A DNA stretch of 64,000 bases, from positions 246,359-310,358 of the forward strand of contig OZ246400.1 in NCBI GenBank assembly GCA_965230935.1, read 5' to 3'. Every line of letters begins with the position of its first letter. Within the stretch, counting starts at the first letter, position 1. Shown here in pieces: positions 1-8,685 of the stretch. The notes under the pieces were generated by a model. It was given only the letters and a program-made list of their open reading frames with translations. It had not been told where the DNA came from and did no database searches. The stretch comes from an uncultured Gammaproteobacteria bacterium. GTDB taxonomy: Bacteria; Patescibacteriota; Patescibacteriia; Magasanikbacterales; JBBTQS01. Position numbers and translations under genes: made by a program.

Positions 1-10
1 GCCATGTAAT

Positions 11-925
11 ATGACTTCAATTATTTTTTTTGGAACAGATGATTTTGCTGCGACGATCCTCTCACAACTCCTCCAAGAATCCTCAGTTACTATTGCTGCT
101 GTCGTTACCAAACCAGATCGTAAACAAGGACGCGGCAGACGACTCCAAAAACCACCTGTTGCAGCCATGATTCCTGATGGCATCGATCTACTTCAACCGG
201 AAAAGCTCAACTTAGAATTTTTAAATACTCTTCGTGCTTATCAAGCGGATCTATTCGTTGTGGTTGCCTATGGTAAACTTCTTCCTAAAGAACTGCTTGA
301 TATCCCGCCAATGAAAACTTGGAATATTCATCCATCGCTTCTCCCTCAATATCGCGGTCCATCCCCTATTGCTTCAGCAATTCTTGCTGGAGATCAATAT
401 ACCGGAACCACAATAATGGAGCTGGACGAAGAAATGGACCATGGGCCAATATTCACCCAACAAAAAATAGCCATTGAGTCGAAAGATACAACAAATACAT
501 TACGCCAAAAACTAGCGACTGTTTCCGGTGATTTACTCCTGAACACTCTTGATCAAGTGATCAATCAAGGCCTCAAACCAACAGAGCAAGATCACGGTCA
601 AGCTACATACACTCACAAACATGGAACAGATGACTATGCCCTTGATTTTACCCAATCAGCTAAATCTGTTTTGCGCAAAATCCGTACTTTTTCTGGCGAA
701 GCATGGTTTATGTTGCCAAATGGCAAACGCTGCAAGGTTTTTGAAGCTAGAATTGTCAATAATTTTCCTGACAATTTACCAACTGGTCATTTGTATTGTC
801 AAAAACAGGGGTGCAGTATTATCTGTGATGAACAAGCAATAGAACTCGCATCTGTTCAGATCGAAGGCAAACAACGTATCGACGGAAAATCATTTGCAAA
901 CGGTATGCGTCACCAAAAAACGTAG
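11..925 (+). CDS. fmt: methionyl-tRNA formyltransferase
   Basis: 304 aa ORF; N-terminal formyltransferase fold motifs (FFGTDDFA, HPSLLPQYRG) and Fmt C-terminal domain. Confidence 0.9.
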   Translation: MTSIIFFGTDDFAATILSQLLQESSVTIAAVVTKPDRKQGRGRRLQKPPVAAMIPDGIDLLQPEKLNLEFLNTLRAYQADLFVVVAYGKLLPKELLDIPPMKTWNIHPSLLPQYRGPSPIASAILAGDQYTGTTIMELDEEMDHGPIFTQQKIAIESKDTTNTLRQKLATVSGDLLLNTLDQVINQGLKPTEQDHGQATYTHKHGTDDYALDFTQSAKSVLRKIRTFSGEAWFMLPNGKRCKVFEARIVNNFPDNLPTGHLYCQKQGCSIICDEQAIELASVQIEGKQRIDGKSFANGMRHQKT

Positions 926-953
926 TTTCATACTCTATCATATTTTTTTCATT

Positions 954-975
954 CCACTTTTCAGTGGTTTTTTAT
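954..975 (+). terminator. intrinsic terminator of fmt
   Basis: hairpin CCACT-tttc-AGTGG followed by TTTTTTAT directly after the fmt stop. Confidence 0.6.
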
Positions 976-976
976 A

Positions 977-1005
977 TTGACAAAAGGCTAATTTTTAGGT
1001 ATAGT
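977..1005 (+). promoter_or_regulatory. sigma70-like promoter of GC-rich cassette A
   Basis: TTGACA (977-982), 17-nt spacer, TATAGT (1000-1005). Confidence 0.6.
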
Positions 1006-1049
1006 ATGTGGTCGCTTTCAAAGACGTGCACAGCTTTCGTGCATCAGTT

Positions 1050-1074
1050 CCTGGGGAGTGTAACATTCCCCAGG
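1050..1074 (+). promoter_or_regulatory. 5' leader stem-loop of cassette A
   Basis: perfect 8-bp inverted repeat CCTGGGGA-N9-TCCCCAGG between promoter and RBS. Confidence 0.5.
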
Positions 1075-1111
1075 GATTGGTGTATGAGAGAATCCTTGGA
1101 AGGGGGAAGTA

Positions 1112-1516
1112 ATGAAACAGCGTCAGGAAAACATCGACAGATTGCTCGCCCGAGTGGTGCATGGGATCTACCCGCACCTCCTCATTGTATGGGTCGAGCC
1201 GAGCGAGCTCCTGGCGCACTCTCGTGCCGGATCGTTTCGCCTAGAAAGCAAAGTGCCGCTGCAATATCGCGCACTGACCGACCGCCGTACGTACGCGCTG
1301 CATTTTGCTCGACACTACCAGGTATGTGAGCAAAACACATGGCGCCCGATCAAGCTCTTTGTGACGTGCGAGGCGCGGATCAAAGATGTGAGCGATGCGA
1401 TGGCCAAACATTTGTTGCACTTGGCACAAACGGCCGCACGCACACAGCCCCGGGGCCGCCTACTGCATTTGCACGATGCCGAGCGGCGCTTTCGTCGAAT
1501 GAACACCCAACACTAA
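1112..1516 (+). CDS. GC-rich orphan protein A (134 aa, unknown function)
   Basis: ORF with strong SD GGAAGGGGGAAG 4 nt upstream of ATG; high-GC codon usage (CTG/GCC/CGC) unlike flanking genes; own promoter and terminator. Confidence 0.7.
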   Translation: MKQRQENIDRLLARVVHGIYPHLLIVWVEPSELLAHSRAGSFRLESKVPLQYRALTDRRTYALHFARHYQVCEQNTWRPIKLFVTCEARIKDVSDAMAKHLLHLAQTAARTQPRGRLLHLHDAERRFRRMNTQH

Positions 1517-1533
1517 CCAACAGAAACAACGAA

Positions 1534-1558
1534 CATCTCAGCCTAGCTGAGATGTTTT
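1534..1558 (+). terminator. intrinsic terminator of cassette A
   Basis: 9-bp stem CATCTCAGC-cta-GCTGAGATG followed by TTTT. Confidence 0.75.
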
Positions 1559-1566
1559 CAATTATC

Positions 1567-1595
1567 TTGACAAATACTATTCTTTGACCTATACT
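1567..1595 (+). promoter_or_regulatory. sigma70-like promoter of cassette B
   Basis: TTGACA (1567-1572), 17-nt spacer, TATACT (1590-1595). Confidence 0.6.
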
Positions 1596-1602
1596 CATCT
1601 CT

Positions 1603-1651
1603 TATATGCAGTGACCAGGAGACGAACCATCGCCTCCTTCTACTGCATATA
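1603..1651 (+). promoter_or_regulatory. structured 5' leader of cassette B
   Basis: 10-bp stem TATATGCAGT...ACTGCATATA enclosing a nested AGGAG...CTCCT stem; a second small CCGC/GCGG stem lies before the SD. Confidence 0.5.
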
Positions 1652-1684
1652 GACCCGCACCGCGGGAAAGGAGCACATCGGCCT

Positions 1685-3109
1685 GTGGCTGATACTCAAC
1701 AGGGTCCCCGCGCTAACGCGCACAACCAGCAGGGCTTTACCCTGCTGCAGGCGATCGCCTATCTGATCGCTCCCGCAGGTGTACTCGCACTGGTGGCAGC
1801 AGGAACAGTGTGGATTGACCTGCCGTTTGTCAGCGAACGCTTCCAGTTCAGGAGCAAGTGGGAGAACTGGATGTTGTCTCAAGTGGTGTTCGGCATGACG
1901 ATGTTGGCGGGCTTTGCACGAGTGCGGCTCCGCCGATACTCAATGATCCACATGGCGATCCTCGGACTGATCATCGTTGTGGGCGTGCGCATCGGCATAA
2001 CCGACATCATGAAGTCCGCGTACTTCGCGCCGCTGGACAATCGTGTCGATTGGCACACCCAACACATCTTCCAGGAAGAAATCAAGGCGCGGTATAGCTT
2101 TGGTTCGGCTGAGCGATCAAAGAGGAACTACCCCCGCTTCACCGAGGAGGAGTGCACGTTCGAGCAGGCCAAGATCGATGACCCGCGGTATTACGAGAGC
2201 GCCTACCGCGAACTTGAGCAGGAGCGACAAGGATACGTGGGCGCAATCAAGGAGCTTCAGGAGGATGTGCAGCGTGGCAAACAGTTGCGCCTTCACCTAC
2301 GGTTGGAATCTTTAGTCTTCCCTACCGTTGCCATCGTTCGCTTGGATCCTAACGCCCGCGTGAGCGCGCGTTACCTGGACAATGGCGTGTGCAGACTCCG
2401 TACAGATCAAGAGGTTGATAAGGTGGGGTTCAGCATGAACCTTGACCCAAAGGACGGCTGGGGTTTTCTGCTTGTGCGTATCGTACGTGCGCTGAACAAC
2501 ACACAGAGTCGAACCGGGATCAGGTGTAACATCAACCAGCTACAAGACCCGATTCGAGAAGTTGGTTGTTTCACCGCAATGACTGAGTACCTTGTCTATG
2601 GTGTGCTCGCAAGAAGGATCCTTCCCTATACCGGCCGGGAATTCGGGAACATAAAAGACTCCCTCAACTGGGACTTCCTGATCCAGGCCTGGAAGGCTGC
2701 TGATGTGATCGCCCAGGATGAGGGGCTGCTATGGGCCGTCATGACAAGCTTTGTGCAGCACCAACTCCCTCGGCTTGATGACCTGGGTCAGGGTCGACTG
2801 GCAGGCTTGCTGTGGGTTCTCTGGCACAAGAGCCACCGAAACCTGGCTGCACTTGCCACAAACACGTTCCTTGAGGCTCGCATACCCACCTCGGTTGAGG
2901 CTTGGTTCATGCGCCGATGGGCCGATGCCGGTCGGCAGGCTCCTGGGATGCGGCAGCTCTGGATCTACCGCTACTGGTTGCTTCGGGCCGGCGAGACGTT
3001 CAAGGTTCCGCAAAAGCTGCTGACGCAGTGGAACCAGGAGCTCAAGCCGGCGATCGGAGGCGCGACCACGCTCAAGCTCAAGGGGCTCTACCTGAAGGAC
3101 CTCAAGTAG
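1685..3109 (+). CDS. GC-rich membrane-anchored protein B (474 aa); paralog of protein C
   Basis: GTG start preceded by AAGGAG with slightly long spacing, so start uncertain; 3 predicted N-terminal TM helices; C-terminal EAWFMRRWADAG...LWIYRYW...GGATTLKLKGLY block shared with ORF 3368-4678. Confidence 0.7.
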   Translation: MADTQQGPRANAHNQQGFTLLQAIAYLIAPAGVLALVAAGTVWIDLPFVSERFQFRSKWENWMLSQVVFGMTMLAGFARVRLRRYSMIHMAILGLIIVVGVRIGITDIMKSAYFAPLDNRVDWHTQHIFQEEIKARYSFGSAERSKRNYPRFTEEECTFEQAKIDDPRYYESAYRELEQERQGYVGAIKELQEDVQRGKQLRLHLRLESLVFPTVAIVRLDPNARVSARYLDNGVCRLRTDQEVDKVGFSMNLDPKDGWGFLLVRIVRALNNTQSRTGIRCNINQLQDPIREVGCFTAMTEYLVYGVLARRILPYTGREFGNIKDSLNWDFLIQAWKAADVIAQDEGLLWAVMTSFVQHQLPRLDDLGQGRLAGLLWVLWHKSHRNLAALATNTFLEARIPTSVEAWFMRRWADAGRQAPGMRQLWIYRYWLLRAGETFKVPQKLLTQWNQELKPAIGGATTLKLKGLYLKDLK

Positions 3110-3145
3110 CGCTCGGAGGCTCAACAACACACAAACAACTACACG

Positions 3146-3169
3146 ATCTAGGATTTCCACATCCTAGAT
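3146..3169 (+). terminator. terminator-like hairpin after cassette B
   Basis: perfect 9-bp inverted repeat ATCTAGGAT-ttccac-ATCCTAGAT; weak T tract. Confidence 0.45.
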
Positions 3170-3199
3170 TCTGTAATTTAGCTAATTTTAGACTCATAC

Positions 3200-3228
3200 T
3201 TGACAAATTCCTCTAATTTTGGTATTGT
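3200..3228 (+). promoter_or_regulatory. sigma70-like promoter of cassette C
   Basis: TTGACA (3200-3205), 17-nt spacer, TATTGT (3223-3228); leader of about 135 nt follows. Confidence 0.55.
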
Positions 3229-3367
3229 TAGTCGTCCAAACCTGGACTCAGGATGCGAGTGTAGCAGCTCGTTTCTGTGACAGTTTTGGAACCTGGGCAC
3301 AAGAAGTGTTCATTGTTTTCCATGAGGGAATTGACAATTAGCTCAGACAGCCACGAGGAGGCAACAC

Positions 3368-4678
3368 ATGAGCGATACGACGAGCGGGGATACCCCCGAG
3401 ATGGTTACCATCCCGTGCACCGAGTGCCGTGCGGACGTGAACATCAGCAAAGAGAGAGCAGCACTGGCCGGCATGATCGGTTGCACCGACTGCGGCAAGG
3501 AGTTCATGTACTCCGGGCCCAGCAGCGAAACCGAGGACTCGGGCCCGCTGGAGCTCCCAAGCCAGGCGAAGCGGCTCAACCCGTTCGTCATCATCGGCCT
3601 CTCGACCATCCTGCTGGTGTCTCTGCTCATCTGGCACCAGTCCACGTCGGGCGACGCCGATCAGGAGGCCGAGAGTACGGCCCCGAGCGCGGTGACGGAG
3701 GACACCCCTGCGGCGGCCGAAGAGGACGAGTCGAATACCTGCACCGACGAGGATGGGTGTGGGGGTGGGAAGCGCTGCTTGAACGGCAAGTGCCAGCTGA
3801 TGGTCAACCACGACTGGGAGTCGGTCAAGGCCATCAACGGCCAAATCGCCAACCCGGTTGCCACCGCGACAGCGTCGACGCCGGTCTTCCCCAAGGACAG
3901 CGAAGACGTTCCGGAGTTCGACGGTTCGGCGACCATGTTGTTGGCCGCGGCGCTCTCCAAGCTCAACCACGACGACATGTGGCCGTATTGGTTGCTCAAG
4001 TGGGGCACGTTCGAGAAGGCCGATGATGCCGATGAGGACGCAGATGGGGTTTACATCTCCCTCGTCGATTCGGTTCTCACCGTCAAGTGGCTTCCGGAGA
4101 TGAGCAGTCCGTCGTGGAAGGGGCCGAGCGACACGCCCGAGTTCACCTACGGCGATCACCTGGTCATCGCGCTTCGGAAGATCGCCGAGGACGAGGAGCA
4201 GTTGGCCGCGCTCATGCCGTGGGCGCTGGGCTACGCCAAGGTTCACCTGCGGCCGCAGTTCTACCCCATGTACCAGGAGTGGCTGCGTCGGCTCTGGCAA
4301 GCGTCCAACACCAACCTCGCCCTGGTCAAGCATCAGGTGCAGAACGGCATCGGCGACCCGGAGGATGACGAGTACACCCGTCCGGGCGACGTGCTGTACG
4401 ACAACGACCTGAAGTTGGAGGGGTGGTTCATGCGCCGCTGGAGCAACGCCGGGGGCGGCAAGGCAGGGAGCGATCGGATCCTGCTGTACCGCTACTGGAT
4501 CGTCAAGGTCATGCAGATGCTCGAGGGCGGCTGCAGTCCGGCCGGGGACACACCCGCGTGTTCCGAGGAGTTGCTGGGATGGGCCAGCGCCGTTCAAGGT
4601 TCGTTCCAGAACGGTGAGGGCGCCACCCTGAAGCACAAGGGGACCTACTTCAGCCAGATCGACACGTTCTGGCCCTGA
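3368..4678 (+). CDS. GC-rich protein C (436 aa): N-terminal Cys4 zinc ribbon, single TM, acidic linker, C-terminal domain paralogous to protein B
   Basis: SD GAGGAGG 6 nt upstream of ATG; CTEC...CTDCG zinc-ribbon-like motif then TM helix FVIIGLSTILLVSLLIW; C-terminal EGWFMRRWSNAG...LLYRYW...GEGATLKHKGTY. Confidence 0.75.
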   Translation: MSDTTSGDTPEMVTIPCTECRADVNISKERAALAGMIGCTDCGKEFMYSGPSSETEDSGPLELPSQAKRLNPFVIIGLSTILLVSLLIWHQSTSGDADQEAESTAPSAVTEDTPAAAEEDESNTCTDEDGCGGGKRCLNGKCQLMVNHDWESVKAINGQIANPVATATASTPVFPKDSEDVPEFDGSATMLLAAALSKLNHDDMWPYWLLKWGTFEKADDADEDADGVYISLVDSVLTVKWLPEMSSPSWKGPSDTPEFTYGDHLVIALRKIAEDEEQLAALMPWALGYAKVHLRPQFYPMYQEWLRRLWQASNTNLALVKHQVQNGIGDPEDDEYTRPGDVLYDNDLKLEGWFMRRWSNAGGGKAGSDRILLYRYWIVKVMQMLEGGCSPAGDTPACSEELLGWASAVQGSFQNGEGATLKHKGTYFSQIDTFWP

Positions 4679-4730
4679 GGTCGGCTCCGACGGCTCCTGA
4701 GCACACACCACAACACAACAACTACTTGCA

Positions 4731-4759
4731 GGCCCGCAGCGCGTACAGCGATGCGGGCC
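4731..4759 (+). terminator. intrinsic terminator of cassette C
   Basis: 8-bp stem GGCCCGCA-N13-TGCGGGCC followed by a T-rich tract. Confidence 0.65.
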
Positions 4760-4794
4760 TCAGTAATTTTAGCTAGTAATCGCCTACCATTCTT

Positions 4795-5487
4795 CTACTC
4801 CAACTTATGCTTTTTTTGCACAATTGATTTGGCAGCCTGATAATCCTGAACTTTTTTACTCCAAGGAAACATCTTATACCAAAACTCTGGAAGCCAACTA
4901 CTCATTGTTCCGGAAGAAATAATCTGAAAAAGAATTTCTGGGACCATCACACCATATTTGCTTTGCTCTGCCATACTAAGCCACACATCCCAATCTTGAA
5001 ATCGCTTCAATTCCGGATCAAATCCACAAAAATCTTTTGCACGAATTAACGCACTGGTGTGAATGTAATTGTTCTGTTTTAACTTTTCTAGATCAAATGG
5101 TTGCGGTGAAAATGTTTTCCATCCAAGTTTGAACCCACCATAGCTATACGACGCTTTTGGATTAGCCACCAAAGCAGTATGGAGTTTTTCAAACATTCTA
5201 GAGTTAAGGACAAGGTCAGCATCACAAAACAATACATACTCCCCTGTTGTCCTACTAAATGCAACATTGCGTGCTGTTGGTGCACCTTGATTCTCTTGCG
5301 TAATATAGTGAGTAGCAGCAAAGTCCTGCGCGACTGATTTGATATCTTCAGTGCTTCCATCATTCACAACAATCACCTCAATCGGCTGGTATGTCTGTGC
5401 ACATATAGACTCAAGTGTTCGACGGAGTGCACCCGACCGATTAAATACCGGCACAACAACGCTAATGAGATTAGGAATCATACTCAA
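4795..5487 (-). CDS. family 2 glycosyltransferase
   Basis: VVVPVFNRSG...VIVVNDGSTED GT2 signature; DAD motif. Confidence 0.8.
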   Translation of the reverse strand: MSMIPNLISVVVPVFNRSGALRRTLESICAQTYQPIEVIVVNDGSTEDIKSVAQDFAATHYITQENQGAPTARNVAFSRTTGEYVLFCDADLVLNSRMFEKLHTALVANPKASYSYGGFKLGWKTFSPQPFDLEKLKQNNYIHTSALIRAKDFCGFDPELKRFQDWDVWLSMAEQSKYGVMVPEILFQIISSGTMSSWLPEFWYKMFPWSKKVQDYQAAKSIVQKKHKLE

Positions 5488-6625
5488 ATATCTGTGTTTT
5501 TTCCTGTTCCCAATTCTGCCATGAAAATTCTTGTGTATACCGTGCCTTTGCTTGAGCTCCCATCTGCTCTCGAGTTGATTGATCCCCGATTAAGTAAATC
5601 ATTGCGTGCGCAAGTGATGGTATGTCCCCTGCAGGAACTACCACACCAGTTTTTCCTTGCAAAACTGCTTCTGGTGCTCCACCGGCATCACTTGCAATAC
5701 TTGACTTGCCATATGATGCAGCCTCAATATAGCTCATACCAAACCCTTCGACATCAGTTCCTGATTGCTGGGTAGGCATAATATATACATCAGCAATTTG
5801 ATACCAAACTGCTTTTTCACTAGCTGAAACAGCACCAATGAACCGTACATTATTTTGTAATTGGTATTGTTGCATCAAAGCCTGTAAGCGTGCAGATTCT
5901 GGCCCTTCTCCAATGACCGCATAGGCAACATTAGGGTGAGTCTTAACCACTTGTGCAAGCGCGATAAGCGTCTGATCAATCCCCTTTCGCGCAACCAATC
6001 GTGCGACAGTAATCATGAGTATTTTCCCTTCAAGTGCATACTGCGAACGCAATGACTCTTGTGCTGCCAAATGAGACTCCTGCGGTGCATCGACATGGGG
6101 ATACCACAACATAATATCTTGTCGATTTGGCACGATTTGCTGAACTTGTGCAGCAGTAAACTTACTATTTGCAACAAGTGTTTTGGCGTTACGTAAAATG
6201 TTTATAAGACGTTTTTTCGCAAATCGTTTTTTCTTAGCCAACAAAATATCCATTCCATGAAAATAAATCCGATACGGAGTACCTAGCTTCTTTTGAATCC
6301 AATAGCAAATAGTCCCAATAGGAAGCACATGCGAGCAATGAATCTCATCAAATTGATATTGTTTTTGTAAACGCCATACGCGGATAAAGAGAAAAAACCA
6401 TCGTGGCCAAAGCCACCGACTAAAAAATCTGGTGTAGAGCATGGTGGGTGGATGCTCATTAACTTTCCAAATGTCTTGCGCACTTTTGTCGCTTTTCTTA
6501 AGATTCTGATCAAGTAAAATCGTAAGCTTGTCAGATGGATATCGACGGTACAGCCCAGAAAGATATTGGGCAACTCCTCCAAGACGTGGAGGAAAGTCAT
6601 GAGTAATTAATAGAATATTCTTCAT
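5471..6625 (-). CDS. family 4 (GT1-type) glycosyltransferase
   Basis: 384 aa; C-terminal EGFGMSYIEAASYGKSSIASDAGG retaining-GT motif. Confidence 0.8.
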   Translation of the reverse strand: MKNILLITHDFPPRLGGVAQYLSGLYRRYPSDKLTILLDQNLKKSDKSAQDIWKVNEHPPTMLYTRFFSRWLWPRWFFLFIRVWRLQKQYQFDEIHCSHVLPIGTICYWIQKKLGTPYRIYFHGMDILLAKKKRFAKKRLINILRNAKTLVANSKFTAAQVQQIVPNRQDIMLWYPHVDAPQESHLAAQESLRSQYALEGKILMITVARLVARKGIDQTLIALAQVVKTHPNVAYAVIGEGPESARLQALMQQYQLQNNVRFIGAVSASEKAVWYQIADVYIMPTQQSGTDVEGFGMSYIEAASYGKSSIASDAGGAPEAVLQGKTGVVVPAGDIPSLAHAMIYLIGDQSTREQMGAQAKARYTQEFSWQNWEQEKTQIFEYDS

Positions 6626-8052
6626 ATGGATGAACGTCGAAACAAATGAGTAAGCTCCTGTGTTGTAGTAACTCGCAAAAAGAGTGCGGCACTAATATAT
6701 ACTACAGAACCAATTAAAATCTCGATCACAAGCGGCACTCGCTGTTGGACAGCAAAAACCACTATTACCATAATAGCGGTTGCCCCAATAATCCGAAAGG
6801 TTTGTGAAAATAATTGTTTCCACGGGATAACAATAATCTTACGGATCATCACTAATCCTACGCCAAACAACAGCGCAAAGCCAAAGGTTGCTGCACCTGC
6901 TGCAGCCAATGCTCCATATTTGGGAATGAGTGCAATGTTAAGCCCAGCGTTTACCACCATAACCAAACCCATAATTGCGGTTTGTACATGTTGTTTGTTG
7001 CATGCATTGAGCACGGAACCCACTGGAAAACTTGCAAAAGAAAAAATAATGCTGAGTATTAATACTTGCAATGGCACTACTGATGCATGATATTGCGCAC
7101 CATAAAAAACAGAGATGATGTCGCTGCTGGTCACTAAAATACCCAATGAGATTGGAAATGCAATGAGCAGAAGGTATCGTGTTGAGTTCACAAATAGTGA
7201 AGCGAGTTTTGCTTTGTTACTTACAAAATACTCACTCATCTTTGGATATACTGACGCAATTAGCGCCATAGGGATAAACTGAAATGCAAATGCGATTTTA
7301 AACGGTACACTATAAATCCCTGCTTCATGTTCACCCACCAGTCGCTCAAGGAGAACACTATCAAATGATGAAGACACTCGGGCAAACACTCCAGCCAATG
7401 CAAATGGAATTGCCATAATAATAATCTTTTTCACTAAGGAGCCGTCCCACGTAAATGAGAACCGAATATCATGTTTTCGTGACAGCATGGTGGCAATATA
7501 TACCACGTTAATTGCACTTGAAATTGCAAATACCCAAATTAATGAAACAAGTGGCAATCCAAAATGAACAGCATACAGTCCTAAAATCATGGTTAATACT
7601 TGACTCCCAAACATACCAATAGCTTCCCAGCGCACATCGTGGAGCGAACGAAATACGGCATAATAGGACAAGTGGATTGAATCTAAAATCATGACAATAC
7701 CTGCTACCAAGATCAACTCACGGAGTTCGGCAGAATACCCGAGCAATATAGTCGTTCCCCAAATTATTCCATAGGCCAAAATTCCGGTAAGAACTTTGGT
7801 ACTCATGATAGTACGTAAATACACACTCGCCTGACTTGATCGCTTTGCTACTTCTCGAGTAAGTACTGGCGACATACCCACGTCGATTAAGATTGAAAAC
7901 ATGGTAGTAAATGACAGTGCAACAAAGTATTTACCGATCTGTGAAACATCAAGCAAGTTTGCCAAAAGCGTAAAATACAAAAAAGAAACGACTTTCTGTC
8001 CTACAGATGCCGTTGTCATAAACGCCGTATTTTTGGCAATCGAGCGAGCCAT
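6622..8052 (-). CDS. polysaccharide biosynthesis protein / Wzx-like flippase (MOP superfamily)
   Basis: about 12 TM helices; start placed at MARSIAKNTAF (the ORF-track start at 8199 runs into the next cassette). Confidence 0.7.
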   Translation of the reverse strand: MARSIAKNTAFMTTASVGQKVVSFLYFTLLANLLDVSQIGKYFVALSFTTMFSILIDVGMSPVLTREVAKRSSQASVYLRTIMSTKVLTGILAYGIIWGTTILLGYSAELRELILVAGIVMILDSIHLSYYAVFRSLHDVRWEAIGMFGSQVLTMILGLYAVHFGLPLVSLIWVFAISSAINVVYIATMLSRKHDIRFSFTWDGSLVKKIIIMAIPFALAGVFARVSSSFDSVLLERLVGEHEAGIYSVPFKIAFAFQFIPMALIASVYPKMSEYFVSNKAKLASLFVNSTRYLLLIAFPISLGILVTSSDIISVFYGAQYHASVVPLQVLILSIIFSFASFPVGSVLNACNKQHVQTAIMGLVMVVNAGLNIALIPKYGALAAAGAATFGFALLFGVGLVMIRKIIVIPWKQLFSQTFRIIGATAIMVIVVFAVQQRVPLVIEILIGSVVYISAALFLRVTTTQELTHLFRRSSI

Positions 8053-8164
8053 AGCAATACTCTTATTGTACGAAAATGAATAAGAAATAGCAATAAAAAG
8101 CAAAATCGTCCAGAGTTCTCTGCACGAAGACGCGTTGTGTATTTTGCTGTGACCCGTGGGCTGC

Positions 8165-8596
8165 TCATGGCGCAGCGACAGCTGTTGTGTGAACCTCAAG
8201 ACTCCAGCTCCGCCAGCTCAAGCCAAGACTTGTCAACGTCTCGACCTCCGAGGGTAGATACTGGAACCACTGACACTTCCGGTCGCACTTGACCACACTC
8301 AACAATAGCTGGTATCCACGAACTGTGGCACGCATGTCGCTCATGAGCGGCACGCGAACCCCGAAGTCCGCCTGACACCCGGCCAACGCAGGCAGGCCGG
8401 CATGACCTTCATCGACCAGCATCATGTCGTCGTCCCCCACAACGCCGGCGCCAAAGAGGGCGACGACGAGACTCCATGCTTGCGATCGATCGATCCCGCT
8501 CCCAAAGACTACTCCCCACTTTCCGGCGTGGCGAGATTGGTGCACAAAGGCGCCTTGGGTCATGTCCCCAACAGCGGCCTCTCCTCGTTGCGGCAT
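8165..8596 (-). CDS. GC-rich orphan protein D (143 aa, unknown function)
   Basis: ATG preceded by AGGAGG (8603-8608 on minus strand); GC-rich codons; sits between Wzx gene and the S9 operon terminator. Confidence 0.65.
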   Translation of the reverse strand: MPQRGEAAVGDMTQGAFVHQSRHAGKWGVVFGSGIDRSQAWSLVVALFGAGVVGDDDMMLVDEGHAGLPALAGCQADFGVRVPLMSDMRATVRGYQLLLSVVKCDRKCQWFQYLPSEVETLTSLGLSWRSWSLEVHTTAVAAP

Positions 8597-8633
8597 ACAT
8601 ACCTCCTACCGCGGTTGTTGAACATATATTCAG

Positions 8634-8662
8634 CATACTCAGATTACTACACCTTTGTCAAC
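8634..8662 (-). promoter_or_regulatory. promoter of cassette D
   Basis: TTGACA at 8662-8657 on the minus strand, immediately after the S9 terminator; -10 hexamer ambiguous (GAGTAT / TATGCT). Confidence 0.45.
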
Positions 8663-8685
8663 AAAAAGGCCGCCTATCGGCGGCC
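8663..8685 (-). terminator. intrinsic terminator of the ribosomal protein operon (after rpsI)
   Basis: GGCCGCC-gata-GGCGGCC hairpin followed by TTTTT on the minus strand. Confidence 0.75.

Noticed and set aside
964-1329. ORFs 964-1329 (+) and 995-1219 (-) ahead of cassette A
   Set aside because: They span the promoter, leader hairpin and the 5' end of ORF A in other frames. They have no RBS, and their translations are low-complexity.
3338-4711. 457-aa minus-strand ORF and several 80-250-aa ORFs overlapping cassette C (for example 3277-4026 +, 3343-3645 -, 3661-4008 -)
   Set aside because: They lie antisense to or out of frame with a CDS that has a proper SD, promoter and terminator. Long stop-free frames are expected by chance in GC-rich DNA, and they have Arg/Pro/Gly-rich low-complexity translations with no RBS.
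6622-8199. N-terminal 49-aa extension of the Wzx-like gene reaching to 8199
   Set aside because: The extension overlaps the 3' end of cassette D and lacks an RBS. The conserved Wzx-type N-terminus begins at MARSIAKNTAF (start 8052).
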